Positions 39,214-48,844 of a stretch of DNA of 64,000 nucleotides are shown here, piece by piece. The DNA is from Parasutterella excrementihominis (GTDB lineage: Bacteria > Bacillota > Clostridia > Christensenellales > Borkfalkiaceae). The translations under genes and the position numbers were made by a program. Each line of letters begins with the position of its first letter. Position 1 is the first letter of the stretch. The DNA lies in assembly GCA_963650915.1 (NCBI GenBank), contig CAVJMJ010000010.1, positions 1,836 to 65,835 on the forward strand, written 5' to 3'. The notes under the pieces are model-generated. The model was given only the letters and a program-made list of their open reading frames with translations. It did no database searches and was not told the DNA's origin.

Positions 39214-42200
39214 CTATTTAACTAAAATCATTTTGAGTGCGGACAAAATCGAAATAAGCAAACCGCCGATAACCGCACTTAACATGCTGTTATAAGTCTT
39301 TTGAACGACCGTGTCGGCAGTGTTGACCTTTTGGGTGTAAGCCGTCCACAAGCCTTTGTAACTCGTGACTGCGTCGGAGCATTTTTCGAGCGTGCTTTCG
39401 ACCTTTACGGAGTTGAGGTTTTCCCTGATACCGATGAGTAAGCCGAGTTTTTGCGAATCTTCTGCCGTTTCGTAAGAAGCGAGCGACGCATAAACCTTTT
39501 CCATGTAAGATACGGTTGCGTATTTAGCGTCTAAATCTTCCAAAGCAGAAGTCCAGGCTTCGTTGTCTGCTATCTGCCATTTATCCGATTCGGAAAGGTT
39601 ATCCGAAAGCGTCTTAGCCTCTTTGATTTTGTTGAGGTAATTTTTACCGGTCAATTCGTTTGCGGAGTCTACGGTGTCGGTAATTGCTTTAACGTTAGCC
39701 AAAGCGTTTTTGACGAGGTAGAATTCCACAGACGTTTCGCCCTTGTAGTTTTCATCGTCAACGGTGGCGGTAACTTTGTATTTACCCAAAGTGCTTAATT
39801 CGGTAACTGCTTTTCCGTCTACCAAGTAAGACAATACGGTAGCGACGTCATAGCCTTCGACCGATGCGCTTACGGCAATGTCTGCACGGTAAACCAAATA
39901 GTTCTTATCGCCTTTGTTGATAGTAACGTTATCGGAAATGTCTTTCTTTTCGACGGTTACGGTGTACTCGGTTTGAACGCCCGATTTAAACTCGTAAGCA
40001 GATTTGTTGACGATTTCGATGACCATCTTGTATGCGCCTGCGTTGACGACGGAAGTTACTTCTTGACCGTCGGCGTCGTAATATTTGGCGCGGAAGGTGT
40101 TTTCGGTCGCACTTTCCAATGCGCCGACGACGTTCTTAAGCGAGAAGGCTTTAACTTCTTCACCGCTGTAAACGTAATTCAAAACTAAATCCTTGAAGGA
40201 AATTTGCGGAAGGGTTACCGTCAAAGTACCGTTTTCAACGGTTACGTCGTAGTTGTCGTTACTATAGGTTGCCGAAACTACGTGTCTGCCACCGCAGAAT
40301 ACCTTAAAGAAGTTTTCGCTGTTAAGTGTGTCGTTGTTTATCGTAACGAAAGTTTGAACGTTCAAGCTGTCGCCCGAAACTACGTTTTCGGTAATATAAC
40401 CGTCTTTAATCAAAGCGTAAATATCAGACCACTTAGCGGTGTTGTCGGTAGACTTATCGGAAACGACGATTTTAGCCGTGCGCTTACCGATAGTGTAAAC
40501 CGAGTTATTTGTTTTGGTGTATTGAACTTTAACGTTGTAGTTATCGTTGCTTAAAACTTCCGCCGTAATCTTATAAGTGCCTACGTTTTCGCCTTCCTCT
40601 CTCGAAACTTTAACGATGCTTGCAAAGTTATCGGTAAAGGCAAAGGAGCCTGCTATAACCGACAATTTGATTTCGCCGTCCTTATCGCCGTAAGTCTTGG
40701 AGCCGTCGGCAACGGACACGGTGATATCCTTAGCGGTAATCGTATAAGTGGCTTGAGTAAAGGTTATGGTGTAGTTAGCGTCTTTATCTTCACCGCTGAT
40801 TGCGTAAGTACCGACGTTTTCGCTCTGCGCTCTTGTAAGAAGGTATTTCAAATCTTCCAAACTATCGCCGTTAGCCAAAACACCGCCGACGACTTCGGTT
40901 ACAACGAGTGTTTCGTCTTTATCGCCGTAAACTTTGGTAAGAGATTTAACGTTAACGGTAATAGGTCTTTCGGTTACGGTGTAAGCACCTTCGTAACCCG
41001 TAAAGGTTATGCTGTAATTGTTGTTTAAGCCCTTGCAAGAAACGTCGTAAGCACCGACGTTTTTAGCGGTAACGGCAAGTTCGTACAAACTGTTCAAATT
41101 GTCGCCCGCGCCCAAAGTACCGCCTGTCAAAACAGCCGTGAGGTTAGCGAGTTCGTCGCCGTAAACGCTGGTAGCCTTTTGAACTTCGAGAGTGATTTCG
41201 TTTGCTACTATTTCGTAAATTACATAAGCGTCGTTTGCGAGTTTGTAGTTATTCGCACTTGCACCGCTTATAGCGTCTGCATAAAGTTTGTAACTGCCTA
41301 CGTTCTTGTTTTCCGAAGATTTATTGGAAACCGTAACTTCGTCCTGACCGATGAGGTTAGTCGCTATAATTTCGGGAGCGATATAACTTCCGTTGTAAAC
41401 GAGTTTACCATCTTTTGCTTCCAAGGTTAATTCTTTTTTGGAAACCTCGAAGTATTCGGAATAACTTTCTTCTTCTACCTGAACTTTTACTTCGTAAGTA
41501 CCTGCGTTCTTAATGGTAGGTTGCGATACGAAGGTAAATGCGTTAACTTTATCGCCTGTTTGAGTTATGGTTACCGAAACTTCGTAAGTTACGACCGTAC
41601 CGTCGTAAATATGACTGTCTACGGTTTCGCCCTTGTTGTTCTTAAAGGTAACGGTTACCGTGTAGTAATCGTTATCGCCGACTACTTTGATATTGCCGTA
41701 TTTATTGCAATACGAAGAATAGTTGTCGTTGTTTGCGATTGCTTCTATAACGTAACTTGCAACGTCGAGTTGTTTGTTCAATTTGCCGGTAGCGTCGATA
41801 GTAGCAATTACATTACCGTCTGCGTCCAAAACGTTATAAGTAAGATTTGCATTGTCACTGCCGACTAAGCCGACGACTTTTGCGTCTATATCCGTAACGT
41901 ATTCGGAAGACTGTTTAATGTTTGCGTGGTCGGAAACGCTTATCGTAATCGATTTTTTGGTGATTTCGTAAGCATTTTCGCCGTTTACGAGTTCAATAAT
42001 GTAGTAAGCGGTGAATTCCGTATTAACGGTTGCGGATACGTTGTAGTTACCGACCGTTGAACCCGCTACTCTTGAAAGAGTGTAAACGTCGGCTTCACTG
42101 TCGCCGTAAACAAGACCTTCGGTTGTTGCGGTTAACGCCTTTTCGTCTTCGCCGTAAACTACGGATTTTTTATCTACCGTAACGGTTATGGTACGAACGG

Positions 42201-45200
42201 TAACGTTTTGTTCTGCAACTTCAGCCGTCAAACCGTATTCAGCGCCGTTATAAGTTTTTGTTAAAGCGTATTGAAGTTTAGTTTCCGTCTTACTTGCGGT
42301 TGCTTCTGTCTTATTGCCGTTTATAGCGGTTAAAGTAACGGAAGCGGTATCGGCACCGTATTCTACGTTGCCGTTTATAGCCATAGATGCGAAAATTTCT
42401 TCGGCATAAGAATTAGTATTGCCTATACGTTTTTCAACGAATTCTTTAACATCAGAAGTCGCACCTTCTATAAGTCCGTTATACTCATTCCAAAGCGTTT
42501 GTGCGCTTGTGATAATGGTGTCGCCTTTTAATTGAGCGTTGAAAGCTTCAACGTCTGCGATGTATTGCGCCAAAGACTGGGTGTGAACGTAAAGGGTGGT
42601 TTTGCCCGTGAAACTATAATCGTCGTTTTGAACAACAACATTTTCGGTTACGTAAGCAGTTGTAGGAGCGTCAACAATAGTAAGTTTTACGTACAAACCT
42701 TCGGCATCGCCGTAGTAGGTAACGAGGGCGAAAAGCGCGAAGTCTTGGATGATTTTGCCGTCCTTGTCGTAAATACGCATCGTTTGGGTGCCGTCTTTTT
42801 CTAAATCGAGTTCAACCGATTTAATTACTTTGTCGAGTGCGGTTTCACCGTTGATAACGACGTTTGCTGTGTATTTAACTTTTTGGTAGCCTTCGGTGTA
42901 ATAAGTGATAACGCCGTCTTTGGAAATTACCGCTTGTGCGCTGAATTTGCCGTCAACTATCGTGGCGTTTTCGGAACCGCCGACGTTTACATTAACGCCG
43001 TTTGCGCCGTTTACCGTGAAGTTAACCGTTGCAACGTAGTTTGTGCCGTTCCATTCAAGGAAGCGACCTTTCATTGCTTGGTTAAGGATAACGGAAAGTT
43101 TTTCCGAATCGATTCTCGATGCTTCGGTTGCCGTGAAGCTTTCGAGCGTGAAGGCGTCATTGCTAAAGCCTTTATAGGTTTTACCTGTTTCGAGTTGTAC
43201 AAAGTTGTAAAGCCCGTAAATGCGACCGCTCATACTGAATTTTGCGGTATTGTCTACATAACCGCCGGAGCAACCTTCGGTTATCTCCTGCGTGCCGACG
43301 GTAGCGTCTGTATCGACGTTAACCATAGCCGTTTTGCCCGTCGTTTGCAAGATGCCCGCAAACGCACCGTCTATGTTAAGGGTGCCGTTTACTATAAGCA
43401 TACCGCTTTGGCTAAATTTATATTCAGCTAAAACTTTGTTAGAGGGGTATACCTTACCGCTCTTGTCGGCTTGAATAAGTCCGTCGTAAACGTAGATTGC
43501 GCCGTTTGCGCCGATATTGACGGTTGCGCCCTCTTCGATAGTGACGACCGCGCCCGGCATGATTTTGTATTTTTGATCTACCGTAACCGTCGAACCCGAC
43601 TTAAAGTTAAAGTTATAGGTGTAAGGTATGGCAAGAACCATTTTACCGCTACCGTAACCTTGTAAGTAGAATTCACCTGCGGTGATAGCACCGTACACGT
43701 CGATAGTGCTGAGTCCGCTGTCGCCCAAATGGATATTGCCGACTTGCTCGTTTACCTTTTTATTGTCGTCGTAAGTGATTTCAAGACGACTGCCTTCTTG
43801 CATCCAGATAAGCGCACCTTGTGCACTCGTCCCGGTAGACTTATTTGCTATACTGTCGATTAAAATTACGTCTTGCGTATGTATTGAAGACCAGAAGTAA
43901 AGGGAAGTAGAACCAAGCACTGTTGCGCCGTAGTTAATAATTTGTTTGCATTGTACGTTTACCGTTGCAAACTGAGTAAAGGGGAACTGATCTGCATAAT
44001 ACAACGCATCGGTATTTGTACCGCCCGAATAGTTATTGACCATAAAGGGTTGGCGTAAAGTAGCACCGTTATTTACGGTTATGCTTCCTTCGCCCGTTAC
44101 AAGCCCTATAACGTCCATATAGCCGTTTATTACTATGCTTCCGTTATTTACAAGTTGAGCATAGTCGCCCGAAGTACGACCGGTTGCTTGTTGGTCGGTA
44201 CCGTGTTGTACACCGCCGACGATAAGTTTGCCGTTTACCGTTAACGTTGCTCCGCTATTTACGGTCAAGGTTAAATAAGGCTTAATATTGTTATTCCAAC
44301 TGGCCCTTGAAGTTGAAGTGTTGTTTTGTTTATAACCCGTTTCGTCCGTCGATGAATACGCCAGAACGAGGGTTACGTTTGCGGGGATTTCGAGGTTATT
44401 TTCAATAACACAGTCGTTTATAACGACTATCTTACTGTCCTCGGTATAAGCGATTGCTTCGGCTAAAGATTTATAAAACCTTTTGCTATCCCTTGCAACG
44501 TATTTTGCCGATGACGCACTTGTAACTATTGCTTTGTATGCAGTGGTTTCACTCGTGGTATAGAAAGTATACTTAGCGTCGAAACTTTCTATTTTATCCG
44601 TCAATACGTTAAACCAGCCGTAAAATTTGCTACCCGTACCACCGCTTACGTATTCCAAAGTAATTTGTGAACCTATAGATACTTTTCCGCCGTTTTTGAT
44701 TTCGGTTTCTCCGCACTTAGCGGTTATACAATTATTTAAGGCAGTTTCACTTGCGGAGTATCTTACCGTAGAATCACCCGTTGCATACCCTACGTTTGCT
44801 ATTTCAAATATATCGTCATATCTATCGACACTACCGTCTTTTACAAAAGCGAAATGTATAGTTATGGAAGTCTCCCCATCAGGAATCTCTATAGGTAAAG
44901 TCAAAGTTTTCCAACCTAAATCACCGCTTGATAATGCTGAACTACCTTGTTTATAATCGTCAGTAATATCACCGCAAATATACGGGAACTCGGTTCTATT
45001 TAAGTATGTTATCGGCGGTATATCATTTTCGCCATACCCACTTGATACGATTCTTTTTCTCCAGTTGCTATAAACAATATCGCAGTTAGACTCTGTTGAA
45101 ATGTAATAATCAAATGTCAAAGTACCGGTTTCATAAACAGTAAAGGCAATGCCCGAAGACGAGGATCCTACACTTTGGTTAGTACTTGCAAAAATGTAAG

Positions 45201-47805
45201 TACCTTTTTCTTGAGAAAGTTTTGCGTTAAATTTAAAGGGATAAAGATTATTAGCAATGTCGTTATAAGCGTCAACGCTGACGTCAACCTTGCCGTATTT
45301 TACAAGATAATCGGCAATTTCGCCTTTAAGATCTACTTCCAACGTAATGCCGAAACGCTCGGTTATATAGCCTGCTTTAGAGTATTCGAATTCCACAAGG
45401 GTGGTTTGCTTTAAACCGTCTATTTGATAACAGTAATAACCTTCTTGCTCATCTTTGAACAGAGTTGCTGTACTTAATACACCGTCGATATAAAGGTTAC
45501 AAGTTTCTCCTTCTCCGAGGTAAGGTGCATATATTCTAACTATGTTTGTTGCGTTATAGTCGTATTTAACAACGGCTCCGTTTTCAACTGTTTCTTCTTC
45601 AGAAACGCCGTTTATAGTAGAGTCAATTTTGCAGGTATCTAATTTACTTTTATTTTCAAAGGATTTTACCGCAAAATTTCTAATAAAGGCAGTATCAAGT
45701 CCGCTGCTGCTTGAACCGTCTTTACGGTAAGTAAACGTAACAACGTTTGAAGTAGGATCGGTAAATTCAATTTTTTCTGTGTACCAACTAGTTGTTGTTA
45801 GATCTATTGTATCTGTGGCACCTTTGCCTTTATAGTTAGTTTTTTCCGCACCATTGAGATCAACCTTTAAGTAATCATAACTTTTTTCTGATGATTGTAC
45901 CCATTCGTAGGCTAAAGCGTCTTGACCAAATACGTATATGTTAAAAATACTTTGTGAACTATTCACTGCTTGGTTAGTTGATTTATAGTAATCGTACTTG
46001 ACTTTATCATCTGCGGAAACTTTAACCCAAGGGTAGTCACCTACTTCCGCATAATATAAGCCGTCGATACCCAAAGACTTCAAGCAAACTATTTTTGCGT
46101 AAGTAGTTGTGGAAACCAATATGCCCATGTAATAGTATTCAACCACGCATTCGTTTGTACCGGTCAATTTACCTAAATTTGCTTTTTCGGTACCGGTAAC
46201 CGCAACCTCGGTTCCGTTATATTTGAAAACGGCTTTAGCGTTTGCGTCAAGTGCGGTTTCAAAACCGACAGTTAAAATATTTCCTTCGCCTTCGACGTCT
46301 TTAAAATAAAGACATCCGTCTTTTTCCGCTATAAAACTATCGGCTTGGGTAAGTGATTTTCCGTCAACAGTTGCCACAATATCGGTTGGCATTTCGGTAA
46401 GTCCGGTTACTATACGGAAGTTAAGAGTGGATTCACCGACTGTTGCCGTAAAAACAATATCGTTTGCTTTATTTTCAAGAGCCGATATGGTAAGGGTAGT
46501 GTTATCATCGTTAAGAGCATAATTTTTTGCATCGTTTCCGTTTACTGTAAAACTTGGAACTTCAGCCTTATTTAAAAAACTAACGACGATTATCGGGTTA
46601 TTACCTTCTACGACATATTGTATTACGCCCGCTTCGCTTGTCACGTATTTAGCGACAATACTCTTACCATCTACCGTTAAATCGGATAAACCGACAAGAT
46701 AATTATTGTTTGTTAAGTAACTAACGCAATCGTCGGAAGTAACCGCTTCGGCTGAATCGCTTAAACAGTCATTTAAAATAACCTTGTTAGAACCATACCC
46801 ATATAAACCACCCCATAAGCCGTATTTGGTGCAAGTTGTAGGCGTAACAAGTACTGAGCCGATTACTTTACAACGCGTCAAAGTTGTACCACTTGCACAA
46901 TAACCAAAAAAACCACCGACATACGTCGCCGTGTCGCTTGCGTTTGCATAAACGGTGTTGTTTATGACTGAACAATTGGTTAATTTGCAATATGTAAGAG
47001 AATCTAATGCGCCTGCAAATGCGCCGATGTATTTATCGCCACGAACCACACTGTTTTTTACGGTTACATTTTCTATCGTGCTATTTCCGTTAGTTTGACC
47101 GAAAACTACGCCCATTCTATCGTCACCGCTATACGTAGACATAACAAAGCAATCGGCAAAAACAATATTTTTGATTGTATAAGTTGAGGAACCACCGCTG
47201 AAAGCACCAATAAACCCGACATACTGTCCGTCTGATACCAAACACATATTGCGTATGGTATGGTTACCTCCGTCAAATGTACCGTTAAAGGCAAATGTCG
47301 GATAATTGTTCTGAGGCTTACCAATAGGCGTCCAAAGTTGATTACTGTTTACGGTTACAGTGCCGTTTTCATCCGTGGTGAACCATTCGGTTGCGCCTTC
47401 TTTTCTGCCGTTAAGGTCGATGTCGGCACCTAATTTTATAGTTTTATCTGCAAAAGTTTTCCCGTCTGCTGCGGTACCAGTGTCTCCGCCGTTTACTAAA
47501 AAAGCGAAACCCGCAAGTTGTTCCGCAGTGGTAAGTGTAAATTCTGTATCTGTATCGTTATACCAATTTGTATCAGCCGTGCCGTCCCAAGGCGTAACCG
47601 TGGTAGTAGTCGTGTCTTCACTATTAGTAGCGCTTTCGGAACCCGTCCCCTCGGTATTATTAACGCTTGATTCGGCATTCGTGGTTGTATCCGTATTCGC
47701 CCAAGCGTTATACTTCGGCATTCCGCTTAACGCAAAAAAGGTTGCAAGCGATAACACCATTACCGCTACCAAACTAAGTATGGTAGCCCTGCGCTTTAAT
47801 TTCAT
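39214..47805 (-). CDS. giant (2863-aa) cell-surface protein with a signal peptide, GLUG-like repeats, beta-rich central region, ~8-10 MBG (YGX-type) domains and a C-terminal TM anchor
   Basis: The ATG at 47803-47805 (MKLKRRATIL) has AGGAG 11 nt upstream, and the track ORF starts at 47847. GLUG-like motifs (YVGFIGAFSGG, YIGAFAGAL, YVGGFFGY) lie at nt ~46830-47250. MBG repeats such as ITVNVKSLTKVYGDKDETL...ENVGTYAISGEDKDANYTITF lie at nt ~40450-42200. The last 23 aa are hydrophobic. Confidence 0.8.
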   Translation of the reverse strand: MKLKRRATILSLVAVMVLSLATFFALSGMPKYNAWANTDTTTNAESSVNNTEGTGSESATNSEDTTTTTVTPWDGTADTNWYNDTDTEFTLTTAEQLAGFAFLVNGGDTGTAADGKTFADKTIKLGADIDLNGRKEGATEWFTTDENGTVTVNSNQLWTPIGKPQNNYPTFAFNGTFDGGNHTIRNMCLVSDGQYVGFIGAFSGGSSTYTIKNIVFADCFVMSTYSGDDRMGVVFGQTNGNSTIENVTVKNSVVRGDKYIGAFAGALDSLTYCKLTNCSVINNTVYANASDTATYVGGFFGYCASGTTLTRCKVIGSVLVTPTTCTKYGLWGGLYGYGSNKVILNDCLSDSAEAVTSDDCVSYLTNNNYLVGLSDLTVDGKSIVAKYVTSEAGVIQYVVEGNNPIIVVSFLNKAEVPSFTVNGNDAKNYALNDDNTTLTISALENKANDIVFTATVGESTLNFRIVTGLTEMPTDIVATVDGKSLTQADSFIAEKDGCLYFKDVEGEGNILTVGFETALDANAKAVFKYNGTEVAVTGTEKANLGKLTGTNECVVEYYYMGILVSTTTYAKIVCLKSLGIDGLYYAEVGDYPWVKVSADDKVKYDYYKSTNQAVNSSQSIFNIYVFGQDALAYEWVQSSEKSYDYLKVDLNGAEKTNYKGKGATDTIDLTTTSWYTEKIEFTDPTSNVVTFTYRKDGSSSSGLDTAFIRNFAVKSFENKSKLDTCKIDSTINGVSEEETVENGAVVKYDYNATNIVRIYAPYLGEGETCNLYIDGVLSTATLFKDEQEGYYCYQIDGLKQTTLVEFEYSKAGYITERFGITLEVDLKGEIADYLVKYGKVDVSVDAYNDIANNLYPFKFNAKLSQEKGTYIFASTNQSVGSSSSGIAFTVYETGTLTFDYYISTESNCDIVYSNWRKRIVSSGYGENDIPPITYLNRTEFPYICGDITDDYKQGSSALSSGDLGWKTLTLPIEIPDGETSITIHFAFVKDGSVDRYDDIFEIANVGYATGDSTVRYSASETALNNCITAKCGETEIKNGGKVSIGSQITLEYVSGGTGSKFYGWFNVLTDKIESFDAKYTFYTTSETTAYKAIVTSASSAKYVARDSKRFYKSLAEAIAYTEDSKIVVINDCVIENNLEIPANVTLVLAYSSTDETGYKQNNTSTSRASWNNNIKPYLTLTVNSGATLTVNGKLIVGGVQHGTDQQATGRTSGDYAQLVNNGSIVINGYMDVIGLVTGEGSITVNNGATLRQPFMVNNYSGGTNTDALYYADQFPFTQFATVNVQCKQIINYGATVLGSTSLYFWSSIHTQDVILIDSIANKSTGTSAQGALIWMQEGSRLEITYDDNKKVNEQVGNIHLGDSGLSTIDVYGAITAGEFYLQGYGSGKMVLAIPYTYNFNFKSGSTVTVDQKYKIMPGAVVTIEEGATVNIGANGAIYVYDGLIQADKSGKVYPSNKVLAEYKFSQSGMLIVNGTLNIDGAFAGILQTTGKTAMVNVDTDATVGTQEITEGCSGGYVDNTAKFSMSGRIYGLYNFVQLETGKTYKGFSNDAFTLESFTATEASRIDSEKLSVILNQAMKGRFLEWNGTNYVATVNFTVNGANGVNVNVGGSENATIVDGKFSAQAVISKDGVITYYTEGYQKVKYTANVVINGETALDKVIKSVELDLEKDGTQTMRIYDKDGKIIQDFALFALVTYYGDAEGLYVKLTIVDAPTTAYVTENVVVQNDDYSFTGKTTLYVHTQSLAQYIADVEAFNAQLKGDTIITSAQTLWNEYNGLIEGATSDVKEFVEKRIGNTNSYAEEIFASMAINGNVEYGADTASVTLTAINGNKTEATASKTETKLQYALTKTYNGAEYGLTAEVAEQNVTVRTITVTVDKKSVVYGEDEKALTATTEGLVYGDSEADVYTLSRVAGSTVGNYNVSATVNTEFTAYYIIELVNGENAYEITKKSITISVSDHANIKQSSEYVTDIDAKVVGLVGSDNANLTYNVLDADGNVIATIDATGKLNKQLDVASYVIEAIANNDNYSSYCNKYGNIKVVGDNDYYTVTVTFKNNKGETVDSHIYDGTVVTYEVSVTITQTGDKVNAFTFVSQPTIKNAGTYEVKVQVEEESYSEYFEVSKKELTLEAKDGKLVYNGSYIAPEIIATNLIGQDEVTVSNKSSENKNVGSYKLYADAISGASANNYKLANDAYVIYEIVANEITLEVQKATSVYGDELANLTAVLTGGTLGAGDNLNSLYELAVTAKNVGAYDVSCKGLNNNYSITFTGYEGAYTVTERPITVNVKSLTKVYGDKDETLVVTEVVGGVLANGDSLEDLKYLLTRAQSENVGTYAISGEDKDANYTITFTQATYTITAKDITVSVADGSKTYGDKDGEIKLSVIAGSFAFTDNFASIVKVSREEGENVGTYKITAEVLSNDNYNVKVQYTKTNNSVYTIGKRTAKIVVSDKSTDNTAKWSDIYALIKDGYITENVVSGDSLNVQTFVTINNDTLNSENFFKVFCGGRHVVSATYSNDNYDVTVENGTLTVTLPQISFKDLVLNYVYSGEEVKAFSLKNVVGALESATENTFRAKYYDADGQEVTSVVNAGAYKMVIEIVNKSAYEFKSGVQTEYTVTVEKKDISDNVTINKGDKNYLVYRADIAVSASVEGYDVATVLSYLVDGKAVTELSTLGKYKVTATVDDENYKGETSVEFYLVKNALANVKAITDTVDSANELTGKNYLNKIKEAKTLSDNLSESDKWQIADNEAWTSALEDLDAKYATVSYMEKVYASLASYETAEDSQKLGLLIGIRENLNSVKVESTLEKCSDAVTSYKGLWTAYTQKVNTADTVVQKTYNSMLSAVIGGLLISILSALKMILVK

Positions 47806-48094
47806 AAAAATTAAATCTCCTTTCATGTTATTTTTTTCGTTTTTCATGATATGTTTAAACGATATACCCCTCCCCTTTCTTCAAAAGGCAAGTTTGAGTT
47901 TTTTGTTTTGTGGACGTGCGAGCCTTTTTAATGTGCTCGCCGTTTTTTGTTCGGTGCATTCCTCTTTTGTTCGGTCTTTTCAAGGCGCACCTTTTTTGCC
48001 TTTTTCATCAAGGGGCAATATATCGGAATTTTTTTGTTGTTGGTTTGTTTGTTTGGGGGTTGGCTTGGGTTGTGGGTTGTTTGGCTCCCTTGTA

Positions 48095-48415
48095 TTAGCC
48101 TTCACCCGGTAGGGGTGCGTAGGCGTTAAGCGGATAACACAGTGTGTTGTCCGTAGCCGTAGCCCGAGGCTTTAATAGCCGAGGCGGACTGGGGAACCGC
48201 CTTGCGGTGGATGAGGTTGGACGGTTTAGATAACCATAACGTTAATATTAACTTTCCAACCTCCTCAGTCGCTACGCGACAGCTCCCCCTACCAGGTGAA
48301 GCCTTGCTGACGCGTGCCACCGTCCACCTCGGTCTTACGACCTTCGGGCTACGGCTACAAACAGTGCACTATGCTGTTTGCTTAACACCTGCGCACCCTT
48401 TGCACAAGGGAGGTT
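48095..48415. repeat. copy 1 of a palindromic structured repeat family carrying the GGTGAAGGCTTGCTGACGC box
   Basis: GCCTTCACCCGGTAGGGG (48098-48115) is complementary to CCCCTACCAGGTGAAGCC (48286-48303). The internal ~90 nt are near-identical to 49703-49798. An extra ~80-nt arm (48116-48195) is the inverted complement of 48314-48397. Confidence 0.8.
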
Positions 48416-48844
48416 CAATCTTCTCCACAACTATTCCTATCTATATACCTTTTACGCTACCGCTTTGTTTGAAGTTTTTTTAAATTTTTTTAAATTTTTT
48501 TAAAAATTTATAAAAAGCGTAAAAAGTTATGAAAAGCGGTCGGGCGGTTAGCCCGAATATGTACAGAAAAATCAGATACGGTCTGAATTTACGTGTGAAT
48601 TCGTAGTGATTTTTCTTCGTCTATTAAGGCATTAGATGAATATTTCGTGAAGTATTATACAACTTTTAGTATGAAAGGTCAAACGTTTTTAGCGAATTTT
48701 GGCGAATATTCACAAAATATATTTATATAATCGAAAAATCGGCTTATTTTAACCGATTTTTAATGTGCATTTGTCGTGTTTTTTTCATTACGTATGCCTT
48801 TTTTCTTCGCCTAATGCCTTATTAGACGAACTTTTTTATTACTC

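Noticed and set aside
39973-45414. Numerous 60-180-aa plus-strand ORFs inside the giant gene, and similar antisense ORFs inside ffh, copA, dnaG and others.
   Set aside because: They are antisense to long, clearly coding frames with recognisable domains. They are rich in V/F/N/R as expected for antisense of this codon usage, and have no RBS.
48040-48090. G-quadruplex in the G/T-rich tract upstream of the giant gene.
   Set aside because: There are only three runs of 3 or more guanines, and the fourth would have to be a GG run. This is not a convincing canonical G4.
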